DNA of 63,950 nt, filler included, from Octopus bimaculoides (lineage: Eukaryota): assembly GCF_001194135.2 (NCBI RefSeq). It is 6 parts of 6 records of this genome, joined end to end, with 100 filler letters (N's around TTAATTAATTAA, not from the genome) between each part and the next. Parts side by side here need not be neighbours in the genome. Positions count along the whole stretch, not along the records: positions 11,272 to 33,258 come from NC_069002.1; positions 33,359 to 42,082 come from NC_068989.1; 4 more parts are not named here. One strand, written 5' to 3'. The position numbers and the translations under genes are program-made. Below the pieces are notes generated by a model. It made no database searches. It was not told where the DNA came from and saw only the letters and a list, made by a program, of their open reading frames with translations. This document shows, piece after piece, positions 24,843 through 37,394 of this stretch. Position 1 is the stretch's first letter. The number at the start of each line of letters is the position of its first letter.

Positions 24843-25181
24843 AACAAGAGCACTCAGAGAACGCAAACCTCTGCCAAGGCAACACCAACGTCCTCTCAAC
24901 GATTGGCCGGAGATGATTTTTAAAATGAGAATATATGAAATAAACTCGACTGCTCTCTCAATTGAGAAGACTAAAAATGAACCCGACCGCTCTCAAAAAT
25001 TAAGTAAAAAAGAAAAAAAAACCCGGAAAAATAATCCAGAATCCTTGTCCGGTATCTGATCGATCCCCAAATCTAATCAGTTCGTGCCAGTCGTTCTTGA
25101 GATATCTTGTCCACGGACGAACAAACAAACAAACAAACGCGACTGAAAACAATACCTCCGCCTTAGCGAAGGCGGAGGTAA
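24843..25181 (-). mobile_element. Helentron/Helitron2-type non-autonomous element (HINE, DINE-1-like)
   Basis: Minus: 5' TTACCTCCGCC-ttcgctaa-GGCGGAGGTA palindrome, internal (GTTT)n, 3' subTIR GGCAGAGG, hairpin GCGTTC-TCT-GAGTGC, then TCTTGTT. Confidence 0.75.
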
Positions 25182-25699
25182 TAAATATGGTATTACCCAA
25201 CCAGTATGGTATTACTTTAAATTCAATTTAAATGAAAAGCTTGTAAGTTCACAAATGTTCGGAGTTCTTTTAAAATTTGAATTTTCAATTTTTAGCATAT
25301 AACAAATCCTCATCCAGACCTGATCCCAATGCTGAATGTTCAAGAACCAAATGAAGGGCAGACTTTCAATCCTGGGATCATCCTGATTCAAAAAATGTAT
25401 ATTATGTCTATGTAGAGCAAATGTAGACTGAGATACAGGGGTCCCAAACAGACGGACGGACAGAATTTCGCCTTTATTATTATATTAACAGATGTTTGCA
25501 ACGACCGAAGAACGAAAGCGAGTACAAAATAAATCGCTGTCGAGAAACTCAGAGTTCTCAATGTAAGTGTCCCATGCCTGTTTCATCTAATACAATTAGT
25601 CCTCTATTTTTAACAATGTTGAGGTCTAATTTTTTAGTTGTTACAAACGTGGCATGTCCACACACACACACATACACACACACGAATATATGTACACTC

Positions 25700-25860
25700 A
25701 AGCAGGACAAGCTTCTTTCAGTTTCCGTCAATCAAATTCACTAAGAAGGCATTGGGTAGTCCGGAGCTACAGTAGAAGACATTTGCCAAAAGTTTCCTGA
25801 CAGTAGGACTGAACTTGAAACCATGCGGTTGCGAAGCGACCATCTTAACCACACAACCAT
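25700..25860 (-). mobile_element. Family C SINE 5' half
   Basis: cttctttcagtttccgtcaatcaaattcac...tagaagacatttgcc...aaccatgcggttg. Confidence 0.75.
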
Positions 25861-26379
25861 ATCTGCTCCTATTAGGGAAAATATATTCTTCGCCGTCGCT
25901 TTAAATTCTTGCTTTAAATCTACTTAGTCGCTTGTGTTTCATCAATAGATTTTATTGATCGCTCGATATCTCACTGACAATATTAGGGGTCATTTTGTTG
26001 AATTTAGTTGATAACATCTTTGATTCCTGAAACTGTAATAGTAGCAACGGCGGGGTTCAACTCAGAACCGAAGCTGTACCAAATTTACCGAAGAAGAAAA
26101 TTCTTCTCATTGTCCAAGAAAGAAGAGCCTACATTCCGTATTGTGCTTTAATCAATCATTGGCATTTCTTCACGTAGATTTCGTTTCATGCACCACTGCT
26201 TACGATGAGGAAATCACTCATGCGAGTTTCCTACCTTCATTCCTGGAAGGTCACCTTAATTCTTAGAAAAACAATGGTATTCTTCTAACGCTAATCAGAG
26301 CAATTTCAGTTGTCTGCTGAATTCTTGCAAATTGACTTCGCAAACTTTTTCTCTCGCCTCACCCAAATACCTTCGCATA

Positions 26380-26880
26380 CATCATATGTGGGCATATATT
26401 TGCATATATTTGCATATATTTCAGGTGTATTGATATGAATAAACCATACATCATATATTTGCATATATTTGCATATATTTCAGGTATATTGATATGAACA
26501 TGCCATACACCTCATATTTGTATATATTTCTATATATTTACCAAACATTGTTTTTATACTGTCTTAGTATGAACAAGTCATATATCTTATATTTGCATAT
26601 ATTTGCATATATCTGACCACCATACTATTATGAATGTATCAATATGAGCAAGCCATAAGCCTATATTTGCATTTATTTACATATATTTGCATACACTTTT
26701 TAACATTTTTTTTTCAGTTGTATTAATATGAACAGACCATACATTCCGTATTTGCATATATTTGAATATATTTATCGAACATTGTATTTCAATCGTCATA
26801 CATCAAGTCATACATCATATATTTGCATATACTTGCATATATTTGCATATACTTGCATATATTTGCATATATTTGCTGAG
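26380..26880 (+). repeat. Minisatellite built on a 10-bp ATTTGCATAT unit inside ~60-90-bp higher-order units
   Basis: 12 perfect ATTTGCAT counted, starting at 26398, 26408, 26457, 26467, 26591, 26601, 26665, 26685, 26750, 26821, 26841 and 26861. Confidence 0.9.
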
Positions 26881-27454
26881 CATTGTTTTCGGACAATATT
26901 AATGTAAGAAAAATACAAGACAACAAGAAAAGACAGTTGAATCTCAACCTTTGATATTAAGGAAATCAAACGTTAGTGTTACAGTATTTCCGGTGGCATT
27001 CGTGTCTTTCTTTGCAGTCATTTGTGAAAGAATACTATAAGGATATCCTCGGTGATAGTGAGAGTCAGTGTAGTTTATTTTTCATCCAGCAGGATTTTTT
27101 GCCCTGTTGCTATATTACGTTAAAACCCATTTTCTACGTTCATTCACGAATATTCTATTTACTTTTCTAGTTAAGCGTCACTGATGATAAAACATATCGG
27201 AATTTGCCACCAGTACAAGAGCAAAAGTGCTCTCTCCCTCCTTCACTTCCTCTCTCTCTCCTTCTCTTACTCACTCATTCATCCACTCACTCACCCAGTC
27301 ACTTTCTCCCTCTCCCTTGAGTTACTCACTCACTTCTCCCTCCTTCCCTCTATCCCTTACTCACTCACTCATTCACGACTCCCTCCCTCAATTCAATTTA
27401 AATTCCAGAGTTATCTCCCCTGCCTGTCCTTACCAGAATTAGTTATTACGACAA

Positions 27455-27673
27455 TAGTTGCGGCGATCTGGCAGAAACCTTAGCATACTGGGTGAAATGC
27501 TTAGCGATATTTCACCCGTCGCTACGTTCTGAGTTCAAATTCCGCCGAGGTCGACTTTGCCTGTCATCCTTTCGGGATCGATAAATTAAGTACCAGTTGC
27601 GTACTGGGGCCGATCTAATCGACTGGCCCCCCTCCCCCAAATCTCGGGCCTTGTACCTAGAGTAGAAAAGAAT
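27455..27673 (+). mobile_element. Family M SINE, full length, tail type A
   Basis: gcggcgatctggcagaaaccttagc, gagttcaaattccgccgaggtcgactttgcc, tagagtagaaaagaat. Confidence 0.9.
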
Positions 27674-27789
27674 AGTGGCTTCTTCTAAACAGGGACGTAA
27701 TTTTAATTTAAATTGTTTACATGCTTTTCAGTTAAGATCAGAGCGTTCATATTCTTTCTTTATTATATATTTGTTGAATTTTCTTAAGC

Positions 27790-28000
27790 AGACTAGCTTA
27801 GAATCGTTGTCACGCCGGACAAAGTGTTTAATGACATTTCGTCCGTCTTTACGTTCTGAGTTAAAATTCCGCCGAGGTCGATTTAGTTGTCATCCTTTTG
27901 AGGTCGATAAAATACGTACAAGTTAAGTATTGGGATCGATGTAATCGACTTAACCACTCCCCCGAAATTGCTGGCCTTGTGCCAAAATTTGAAACCTGTA
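27790..28000 (+). mobile_element. Family M SINE, tail type C
   Basis: gagttaaaattccgccgaggtcg; tail cccgaaattgctggccttgtgccaaaatttgaaacc. Confidence 0.85.
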
Positions 28001-28003
28001 TTA

Positions 28004-28212
28004 ATACAGTGAAATTACCGTGCGGGGTGGAGTATTCAACGTTTCGGACAGAGTTCTCTTTCACGGTGATGTTGACTGGGGAAAAGTGAAAGATAGATAG
28101 TAGAGTTTTATAGCCTCTGCCGTCTTTCTTTTCTTGCTCTTCCGTCGCTGTTACTCTGAACAAGGACCTAGTCCGAAACGTTGGACATCTCACTCTCCAT
28201 GGCAATTTCCTT
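28004..28212. mobile_element. Second inverted pair of family H1 hammerhead-like arms
   Basis: Minus arm ...gtccgaaacgttgaatactccaccccgcacggtaatttcactg; plus arm ctgaacaaggacctagtccgaaacgttggacatctcactctccatggcaatttcc. Confidence 0.65.
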
Positions 28213-28399
28213 ATACTCTTTCTGTGTGTGTTTGTGTTTGTGTGTATGTTTTTGCAGTCTACCATCAATAGTCTCCTTGGATTCTGGTTTATCTGATACA
28301 GGAAATGTTAGAAATATTGAAGATAAAATTTAGTACTTTCGAGAGCATATTTTAGTTTCATTTTGAATACATATATACATACATACAAACATACATACA

Positions 28400-28430
<31 letters not shown>

Positions 28431-28689
28431 GTACATATGTATGTATGTAAATATGAGACAGGTCTGAAGCTGATCTTGAGCAGAGAAGACATGTAATTTT
28501 AGAGGTTGTGAATTACGCTGAAGCGACTTAGCCAAACATAATTGATTGACTGAATAACTTTGAACCGTATGATTAATCAAACTATCGATTAGTTTGTTGG
28601 TTTATTAACTAAACAATTGACGATTAATGAAGTGAAATTAAATCCATGCATGTGTTTATTATTGGCGTAGTGACTCATTCGAGATGCAA

Positions 28690-28734
<45 letters not shown>

Positions 28735-28767
28735 ATCTATCTGTCTGTCTGTCTGTCTGTCTATCTG

Positions 28768-28840
<73 letters not shown>

Positions 28841-29669
28841 TCCTAATCTACCTTAAACTAGGATGGATTCCTGATGAAAATGGTACTCTTTTACTCGATA
28901 TTTTTTACTCGTTTCAGTAAATGTAAAAAAGAACCTTCAGTTGCATCCACCCGATGTATTAAAATTTAGAGTAATGTAAAAAATATTTCAAAGAAATTTA
29001 CCCGTTTTCATTTCATAACAATTTTTCACTCGGGCTTATTTCGTATTTTCTTTAGTGCTTAATTCTAAGGAATATCGAATGTAACTCTGTTGAAAACATG
29101 ATAGAATTATCAAGGTAATATTCAGAAATTCTAAATAATGTTGTTCTATTCATATATTCCGATATTCAGCGCCATATTATTTTCTTCGTCATCTGATGAT
29201 AAAATTTCTATGCTCTCCAGGTGCAGCTAGCTCCGTATAATTTTCAGTATAACATTTGAAATATTTAGTAATACATAACGATGAAGTTATGATTCTGTGC
29301 TCTATTTTATGATCTTTAGACATTATGATATTTGTGAAAGGAAAAAGCCATCCTTTGATTGTAAATAAATTGCATATGATTCCAATCTAGAATTTGACAG
29401 GGATGCCATTCTGATGGCCTTCTCTAAAATTTTATATATACTTCGTTATCTCTTTTAAAAATTCATCTGCTGTTTGATGTCATTAACTGGAATATGGATA
29501 TTGTCTTATCTCTGTGCTTTCTTGAAATTTTTTTTTTTTTACAATTACCTCTTTAATTTAGTGTGAAGAATAGATTAATTATCAGCTCCTTAAGTAGCGA
29601 AAGCAATTATCGACTTGTTTCAATGTTTTTCGCTTCGTACATAAATGCGTCAACTTGGATATCCTTATC

Positions 29670-29674
29670 AAGTC

Positions 29675-29713
<39 letters not shown>

Positions 29714-29810
29714 ATACGCTCGCGCATACACGCACAAACACGCACACCACACTCATACACATACACACACTCGCTCACATATACACACACACGCACAACA
29801 CACTCACACA

Positions 29811-29847
<37 letters not shown>

Positions 29848-29989
29848 ACTCATACACATACATACATACATACATAAACACATAAATGCATACAAATATA
29901 TACATACGTATATATATATATATACATACATACATATACTTTTTACTTTTTTACTCGTTTGAGCCATGCGGCCGCGGTCATGCTGGAGC

Positions 29990-30021
<32 letters not shown>

Positions 30022-30237
30022 GTATGTGTGTGTGTGCATATATAAAAGTAGAGCTCGTTATTTGGCAGAAAAAACATCGACTATATATATGTTTATGCAT
30101 ATATACACACACATATATACGTATATATATATAGATATGTGCATACATGTATATATATGTATATATGTATACATATATATACCTACTATTTATCTATCTA
30201 TCTGTATGTATATATGCGTAGGTGTATATACGTGTGT

Positions 30238-30293
<56 letters not shown>
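29670..30293. repeat. (CA)n/(TA)n/(TATG)n tracts flanking a large N gap
   Basis: Direct inspection. Confidence 0.9.
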
Positions 30294-31105
30294 NNNNNNN
30301 NNNNNNNNNNNNNNNNNNNNNNNNNNNNNNNNNNNNNNNNNNNNNNNNNNNNNNNNNNNNNNNNNNNNNNNNNNNNNNNNNNNNNNNNNNNNNNNNNNNN
30401 NNNNNNNNNNNNNNNNNNNNNNNNNNNNNNNNNNNNNNNNNNNNNNNNNNNNNNNNNNNNNNNNNNNNNNNNNNNNNNNNNNNNNNNNNNNNNNNNNNNN
30501 NNNNNNNNNNNNNNNNNNNNNNNNNNNNNNNNNNNNNNNNNNNNNNNNNNNNNNNNNNNNNNNNNNNNNNNNNNNNNNNNNNNNNNNNNNNNNNNNNNNN
30601 NNNNNNNNNNNNNNNNNNNNNNNNNNNNNNNNNNNNNNNNNNNNNNNNNNNNNNNNNNNNNNNNNNNNNNNNNNNNNNNNNNNNNNNNNNNNNNNNNNNN
30701 NNNNNNNNNNNNNNNNNNNNNNNNNNNNNNNNNNNNNNNNNNNNNNNNNNNNNNNNNNNNNNNNNNNNNNNNNNNNNNNNNNNNNNNNNNNNNNNNNNNN
30801 NNNNNNNNNNNNNNNNNNNNNNNNNNNNNNNNNNNNNNNNNNNNNNNNNNNNNNNNNNNNNNNNNNNNNNNNNNNNNNNNNNNNNNNNNNNNNNNNNNNN
30901 NNNNNNNNNNNNNNNNNNNNNNNNNNNNNNNNNNNNNNNNNNNNNNNNNNNNNNNNNNNNNNNNNNNNNNNNNNNNNNNNNNNNNNNNNNNNNNNNNNNN
31001 NNNNNNNNNNNNNNNNNNNNNNNNNNNNNNNNNNNNNNNNNNNNNNNNNNNNNNNNNNNNNNNNNNNNNNNNNNNNNNNNNNNNNNNNNNNNNNNNNNNN
31101 NNNNN

Positions 31106-31330
31106 TATAACTTTGATAGGTTTCCGCCAGTATAGGCTCAGGCCGTGTCTAACTCAATAGCACCACCTGGTGAAGTCTTTTAGTCATACATGGGGCACCA
31201 TGGCCCACTCTAGCAAAGAGTTATTATTGTTGGAGACATATCCGGGTGTAGGGGGTTGGTCCGGGATATTTTGAAGAAATTTGTCCAGTAAACATTTGAA
31301 TTTTATTTAGCACAACGATCGTTTCAGCTG
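31106..31330 (-). mobile_element. CR1/Jockey-group LINE 3' end
   Basis: Minus frame KFKCLLDKFLQNIPDQPPTPGYVSNNNNSLLEWAMVPHV* (stop at 31184-31186) has the FKxxLDxFLxxIPDQP C-terminal motif of invertebrate CR1-type ORF2; short 3' UTR follows. Confidence 0.7.
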
Positions 31331-32194
31331 CCTTCTACACTACTTCCTAGTGAATGGAGAACGATGTAATGACATTAGATGTAGCTCACAGTTCAAAAGA
31401 CCCTCATCCGGTGACGTAATAAGCTTCAACAGTTATAAGATTTACATTTCGCTCCAAACTAGATGCTAGTGGTATTATAGTTTGTTGCTGGTAGTTCAAA
31501 TTGTTGAAGCCAGGATATATATATATATATATATATATGCATATGAATGTGTGTATGTATATATGTAAATATATACATACTTGTGTATATACAAGTGTAC
31601 ACACACACACACGCACACACACCTATACACACATGACTTAGGGTATATAATCCTGATTTTTTCACATAAAGCACATAGATATCGGATATCAGAAAATTGA
31701 GAAGTAGTGAGCTTTTTTTCATTCTTCCTTTCGAATTATCTGAAAATACATGAATATCCTAGAACACACACACACACACGCACACACACACACACACGCA
31801 TAATTAATTTTATACAGGATTCTGAGGAATCATGCTCAACATGTATTATATAATAAATCCTACATACCGCATGAAAATTACTCAATATTTTCAGGAATGG
31901 TTCCGCAAGATCGATTATATTGAACAGCACGAAACGATTGTAAATGATGTACCAAAATGATTTGCCATCTCCAACCTTTGATATTTCCCATCAGATGTAC
32001 GTGTAGGCATGTATGTATGCTCTCTTTCTCTTTCTAATTTAGAGTAAATGTTGGTAGCAAAGTTGTGAAGAAAAGCCTCCTGTAGATTTTTAGAGTCCCA
32101 GATATCGTGATACGTATGAATGTATCCTTGCTTCAAATCTCTTTTACTTATATTTTGCTGCTACCCTCACTCGGACTTTTGCCGTGGATTGCTC

Positions 32195-33210
32195 CTTTAG
32201 GACATATGTGAGGTATTTTAGTAGTGTCTTCAACCTGCCTCGATTTACTGCCAATTCGAAAGTTTTTCAGTTTCTTGTTTGTGGCCTTCTTTATGCAGAG
32301 GATTGCGACTTTACAGTTAAAAATATGTAAATTCTTATGGGGTATATTTCTGCATCTTGCAAGGCATTTAGATTCGGTATTAGTCTGGACAAGACTTTTG
32401 CAATGTTCTAGTTTTCGACCGGAAACGCATATGTGAAACCATCTATCTTAGTTGAAGAACAGAATTTAAAGTGGTAGACAAGTTTGTCTATCTGGGTAAC
32501 ACACTCAGTCGTTCTTGGATGATGAAATATCTTTCGGGTTTCAGAAGGCAATTGATTCCATCAGGGATCTTGAGCCACGTGTTTGGTCTCAACATAGCAT
32601 CACAAAACGAACAAAAAGTTGTTATGTACCATGCATGTGTGCAGACGTTGCTCCATTACTCATATCAGTCGTGGACCCTGTACAGAATTAATGTAATGAT
32701 TCTCGGACGTTTCCATTAGAGATGTCTTAGATACATTCTGAAGTTGGTTGGTCCCTGCAGACTATAGAGACAGATGTCTTCAAAGAAGCCGACGTCTGAG
32801 CATTGAAGCGCTGGTGCACAGGGGCCGATTACGCTGGGTGGGACACCTTGTTCAGATGGATGATTAGAAGATCCTAAACAGATGCTTATCGTGAATTTGT
32901 CCGTGGAAAGCGCCCCTAGCAGAAACCAAGGGTACAGTTTAAGGATTGCATAAAATCCTCATTGAAGGCATGTGAGATATAGAAGGTCAACTGAAAAGGC
33001 AATACTTGTCATCGCCAATGGAGGAAAGGAGTATAGTGAATATGGGAAGTTTTGACTGCAGTTCCTGCAGACGTCTGTGTTTCTCAAAAGTCGGGCTCAC
33101 TAGTCATCAGCGGAGCCACAAGTATAAAGTAAAATTCTATCTGAATGCACAATGTTCTTAGTAGTCATTGATGGTCTTCCTCGGTCACGAGTGCACAGCA
33201 ATCATCATAA
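32195..33210 (+). mobile_element. Decayed RTE (BovB-like) LINE 3' fragment
   Basis: YVRYFSSVFNL..LLYAED (YADD remnant 32292-32303), VDKFVYLG, LRWVGHLVQMD near 32829, C2H2 finger C-x2-C-x12-H-x3-H at 33057-33119, gtcttcctcgg...atcatcat end; many frameshifts and stops. Confidence 0.85.
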
Positions 33211-33358
33211 GTGTATCTATGTATGTATGCATATAATATATATATATATATATATATANNNNNNNNNNNNNNNNNNNNNNNNNNNNNNNNNNNNNNNNNN
33301 NNTTAATTAATTAANNNNNNNNNNNNNNNNNNNNNNNNNNNNNNNNNNNNNNNNNNNN

Positions 33359-33646
33359 CAGGTGATATCATAAGCCGGTTGGTGCCCAGCGTGCATAGCT
33401 TTCATCTCGTACCACTAGTATCTGCAAGATGTTTGCAAATAATATATATATATATATATAATCAAACCTTGGGAGGTTTATGAATTAATAAAGGACTGAA
33501 CCAGTGCGTGTGTTTATTACCGGCATAATGCCTCTCCCAAGGTTTAATTGTATATATATATATTATTTGCAAACATCTTGCGGACACTAGTGGTACGAGA
33601 CGAAAGCTATGCACGCTGGGCATTAGCCGGCTTATGATATCACCTG
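33359..33646. repeat. Fold-back inverted repeat, ~115-bp arms and ~58-bp spacer
   Basis: 33359-33475 is the reverse complement of 33534-33646, with a few substitutions and a different (TA)n length. Confidence 0.9.
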
Positions 33647-34261
33647 GAGAGAATGCACACTCCTTTGAAGTCTTCATCTGAACGGTCTTATTGCATACCA
33701 GCTTCACTGACAGAGATGAGGCCCCGCTAGGTTAACTGGTTATTAGACTTCACATATATAAAATACTATCATTCAGGAATCATCTCTGCATTCCCATACT
33801 TCCTTCAAAAAATATGTGCATAAATTTCTTTGATAATTCTTATCTTAGAGTTCTAAAGGAATTGCAAGAGAATCATAAAGGGTAGTCTAAAATAGTTTGT
33901 GCATTGCTTCATTTCTACTACATATCTATACTTAGAGGAAAATGAATTTGAATTTGTTGGAAAGATTTATTGGTGAATTTGCACCATTATATGCCAGAAC
34001 GAAATTGTGAAAATGTACTTGTTTCCTTATTTAGCATTTGTAAGTTTGATACTTCGTGTCGGTGCACAATGACAAGCCCTAGTTAAACTACATAGTATAC
34101 ATGAAATGAAACACCAACGTTACTGATTTCACAATGAGGATTTCCTGCTCTTAATAGCGGCGAACAATATCGCTTTGTTGCACGCCCAATTCAGCTCTGT
34201 CGACTGAGACTTTCAGAGTTGACTGTCTTGGACGAGAAGCTACATAAATATTCTTTTGAAT

Positions 34262-34470
34262 TTTGCCACAGGGCCAGCAATTTTCGAAGGCGGCGGAGAA
34301 AGCCGCTCACAACAACAACACTACTTGAAAAGTGATTTGTTTTTATCAATCCCCAAAAATGATGAAATACCATGTAGACTTCGGGTAGATTTGTCACCGA
34401 AGTTAAGGAGCCGGAATAAACGTTTCTTAACAATTTGTCCGACGCGCTAACAAGTCTTTCAGCACACTAC
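34262..34470 (-). mobile_element. Old degenerate family M SINE
   Basis: ttttgccacagggccagcaatttt (tail C), tttatcaatccccaaaaatgatgaaa (core), gagccggaataaa...tttgtccgacgcgctaac (head). Confidence 0.6.
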
Positions 34471-36311
34471 TTTAGAATATAATGTAAATGAGAACTTCAC
34501 CGATAGCGAGACTTATTGTTCCATCTCATATATTATATAGTAGAAGGAAAATAGGAAGTCTTAATATTTTAGTAATATAAATTAATTGGGGTTAAATGTC
34601 CTGATCTCGGAAAATTGATTAAAATAATCATGATTTTATGCATAAGCACAGCAGATCAGTTATGCATTTATTGCTTTCTGACAAACTAACAACTTAACAT
34701 GATGTAGTATGAGTTCACTAAATTTCTTCTCAGCTCTCTAGACAAGATACTTCCGTATAGTGTACAACGCCAGTAGAAAAAAAAAATGCTTGTTCTCATT
34801 CTAATATCTAACTGCTTGCTGAGTTAAGAAAATGGGAAGTCCAGCAATAAAACTCAAGGACATCCATTTCAAAATAAGGTTCTGGAGGCTTATACATTCA
34901 ATGGCCTCCAATTCTAATTGAACTCCTGCCATTCCTATACAGGCATAACTGACTAATTCACCTGTATACCTCCATTTGTCACTTATACTGTGTCCACTCC
35001 ATCTTGACTTCGCACTCAGCTTTAACTACTGCACCCAGCACGCTCTCATCGCTACGTTGGTCACGTAGAGTTTTGCCCTTGCTGATGAACTTCTTTGAAA
35101 CCATTGTATTATATGACTGTATTGTTTGTTTCGACCTGACTCGTGTCGGCGCATCAGCGTTGTCCGTGGACACAGGTTCCTTCCTCACTAACAGGCTCCA
35201 CATTCATAAAAAAAATGCAGTTCTTCCACCAAATAAAATGCTTCCTTCTAACAAGAAAATACAGACAACTTTTGTACGTGAAGTTATAGATGGTTGTATC
35301 CAGTCTGAATGCATCTCGATATATGACGCCTATTTATTCCATCGAATGCTTCCAGTCGGCTGAAAGACTGGAAAATAAAATCAGCGTCAATAGTATTCCA
35401 ATTTATAACATTGACTTTGTTGTAATTTCTGTGAAGGAAAATATGTTCTAACAACATGATTATATAATAGAAATAAGTCACTGGAATTAATTGCGCAGAA
35501 ACGCCGTCAGTATGAGAAACAATAAGAATGTTAAAATATTTAATGAAAAGAACAATCGCAGTAAATTGTATGCATCACAGTAAAGGATTAATACGAAAGA
35601 AATACATCCAAAGTTGTCTCCCTAATTTACTGAAATGAATAAAATAATATAAATCTTTGCAATACTGTATTTTCTTCAACGCATAATTACTCGTGTAACC
35701 ATTAAAAATATGTTATCTGTAGCTATCCGATCATATATTTAGTATGGTTTACTTTAGTCGAAATACATATTTAATAGAAATGATAGAAGCGTTAAATTCT
35801 TTGAAGCAGTTCGTCCGATATTTTATGTTTCGGGTCGTACCCACATAGTCTATATCTTCCATTTTAGGGTCGATGAAATAAGATCCAAGTACTGTAGGTA
35901 ATGTATGGTAGCGTTTCAAAATATGTGACCTTAATGGTAAAAGCTCATATTATCTTCGTTGCTACAAGAATTTCAAAATTTCGGTATTTGAAATATCGCT
36001 AAAATATCGTTTTGTCGATCAATGATATTGAAACGTTTAAAACATTTTCCCTGATATGATCGTAACAAATCGACCATTCTCAACTATTGCTTTCCAACTT
36101 TAGTGTAGTTGTACATAGTACAGTCAATAATTCATTCATAGATTTCTTGATATAAGATTTCAATATATTTATAACACATGTATGATTTTACTCATGAATA
36201 ACTATGTGATATTGATAAAAAATTTCATAGTATAAAGTATGGATTTCTCACCACGCATGGATATAACGAGATAAGTCCCCTGGCATGTCGCACACAAATA
36301 CTCACACAAGC

Positions 36312-36344
<33 letters not shown>

Positions 36345-36431
36345 TGAATGTATGTATGTATGTATGTATGTATGTACACATATATATATATGTATCTGTG
36401 TAAATACATATACATATAATATACGTATGCA

Positions 36432-36590
36432 TAGGCGTGGCTGTGTGGTAGCTTCCCAACCACATGGTTCCGAGTTCAGTCCCATTACGTGGTAAATTGG
36501 GCAGTCTCTTCTACTATAGCCCCAGGCCAACCAAAGCTTTGTGGGTGGATTGGGTAGACGAAAACTGAAAGAAGCCCTTATATATGTGTG
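36432..36590 (+). mobile_element. Family C SINE 5' half, running into microsatellite and gap
   Basis: aggcgtggctgtgtggtagcttcccaaccacatggttccgagttcagtccc. Confidence 0.85.
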
Positions 36591-36592
36591 TA

Positions 36593-36688
<96 letters not shown>

Positions 36689-37024
36689 NNNNNNNNNNNN
36701 NNNNNNNNNNNNNNNNNNNNNNNNNNNNNNNNNNNNNNNNNNNNNNNNNNNNNNNNNNNNNNNNNNNNNNNNNNNNNNNNNNNNNNNNNNNNNNNNNNNN
36801 NNNNNNNNNNNNNNNNNNNNNNNNNNNNNNNNNNNNNNNNNNNNNNNNNNNNNNNNNNNNNNNNNNNNNNNNNNNNNNNNNNNNNNNNNNNNNNNNNNNN
36901 NNNNNNNNNNNNNNNNNNNNNNNNNNNNNNNNNNNNNNNNNNNNNNNNNNNNNNNNNNNNNNNNNNNNNNNNNNNNNNNNNNNNNNNNNNNNNNNNNNNN
37001 NNNNNNNNNNNNNNNNNNNNNNNN

Positions 37025-37057
<33 letters not shown>

Positions 37058-37394
37058 TGATGAGCTGACCGCACAGTTGTAGCTTTCGTGGATGCGAAAC
37101 CATTGGTAGCTCTATGTCCATAGTTTAACGTTTTGTTTTAATACTTGTGGATCATTTGAAGAATGATTTACTTTCGAATCTTTGATATAAAGCTTCGTTC
37201 TTAGACGGGTTATGTGAAGGCCTCTTTGAAGCGGTTATATGCAACACATGTGTACCTCTTTTCCATGTAATACTGAATATGTTTATCCACTTTATTTTTA
37301 CTGTAAATCTCCCCTCAATTGCACGGCAGGTAGCGAAACCTTTCCCTGCTTCAAAGAGATGATGTTTCCTTTCAAAGACTTCTTCAATTAATGT

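Noticed and set aside
25440-25495. Possible Helitron 5' end on the minus strand with (GTCC)n
   Set aside because: Too short, and no matching 3' CTRR/hairpin end was found.
26040-26370. Possible PIF/Harbinger transposase N-terminus on the minus strand (RKQWCMK...)
   Set aside because: Only a vague resemblance across frameshifts; no TIR or catalytic motif.
26380-26880. CRISPR-like repeat-spacer array (also considered for 2580-2950 and 15840-17190)
   Set aside because: Spacers are homologous to each other, the repeats are low-complexity, the context is eukaryotic and there are no cas genes.
27181-27210. CTGATGA (also at ~29195) as a hammerhead core
   Set aside because: No stem II or GAAA in register; expected by chance in AT-rich DNA.
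29966-31135. Long ORFs in the track spanning N runs (also 36.5-37.1, 43.5-44.7, 46.3-47.1, 50.7-51.4, 54.6-55.5 and 58.0-59.0 kb)
   Set aside because: Open only because of N gaps and dinucleotide repeats.
34191-34470. Apparent exon after ttttgccacag and a 5S-like tcaccgaagttaag
   Set aside because: The whole patch aligns to a degenerate minus-strand family M SINE.
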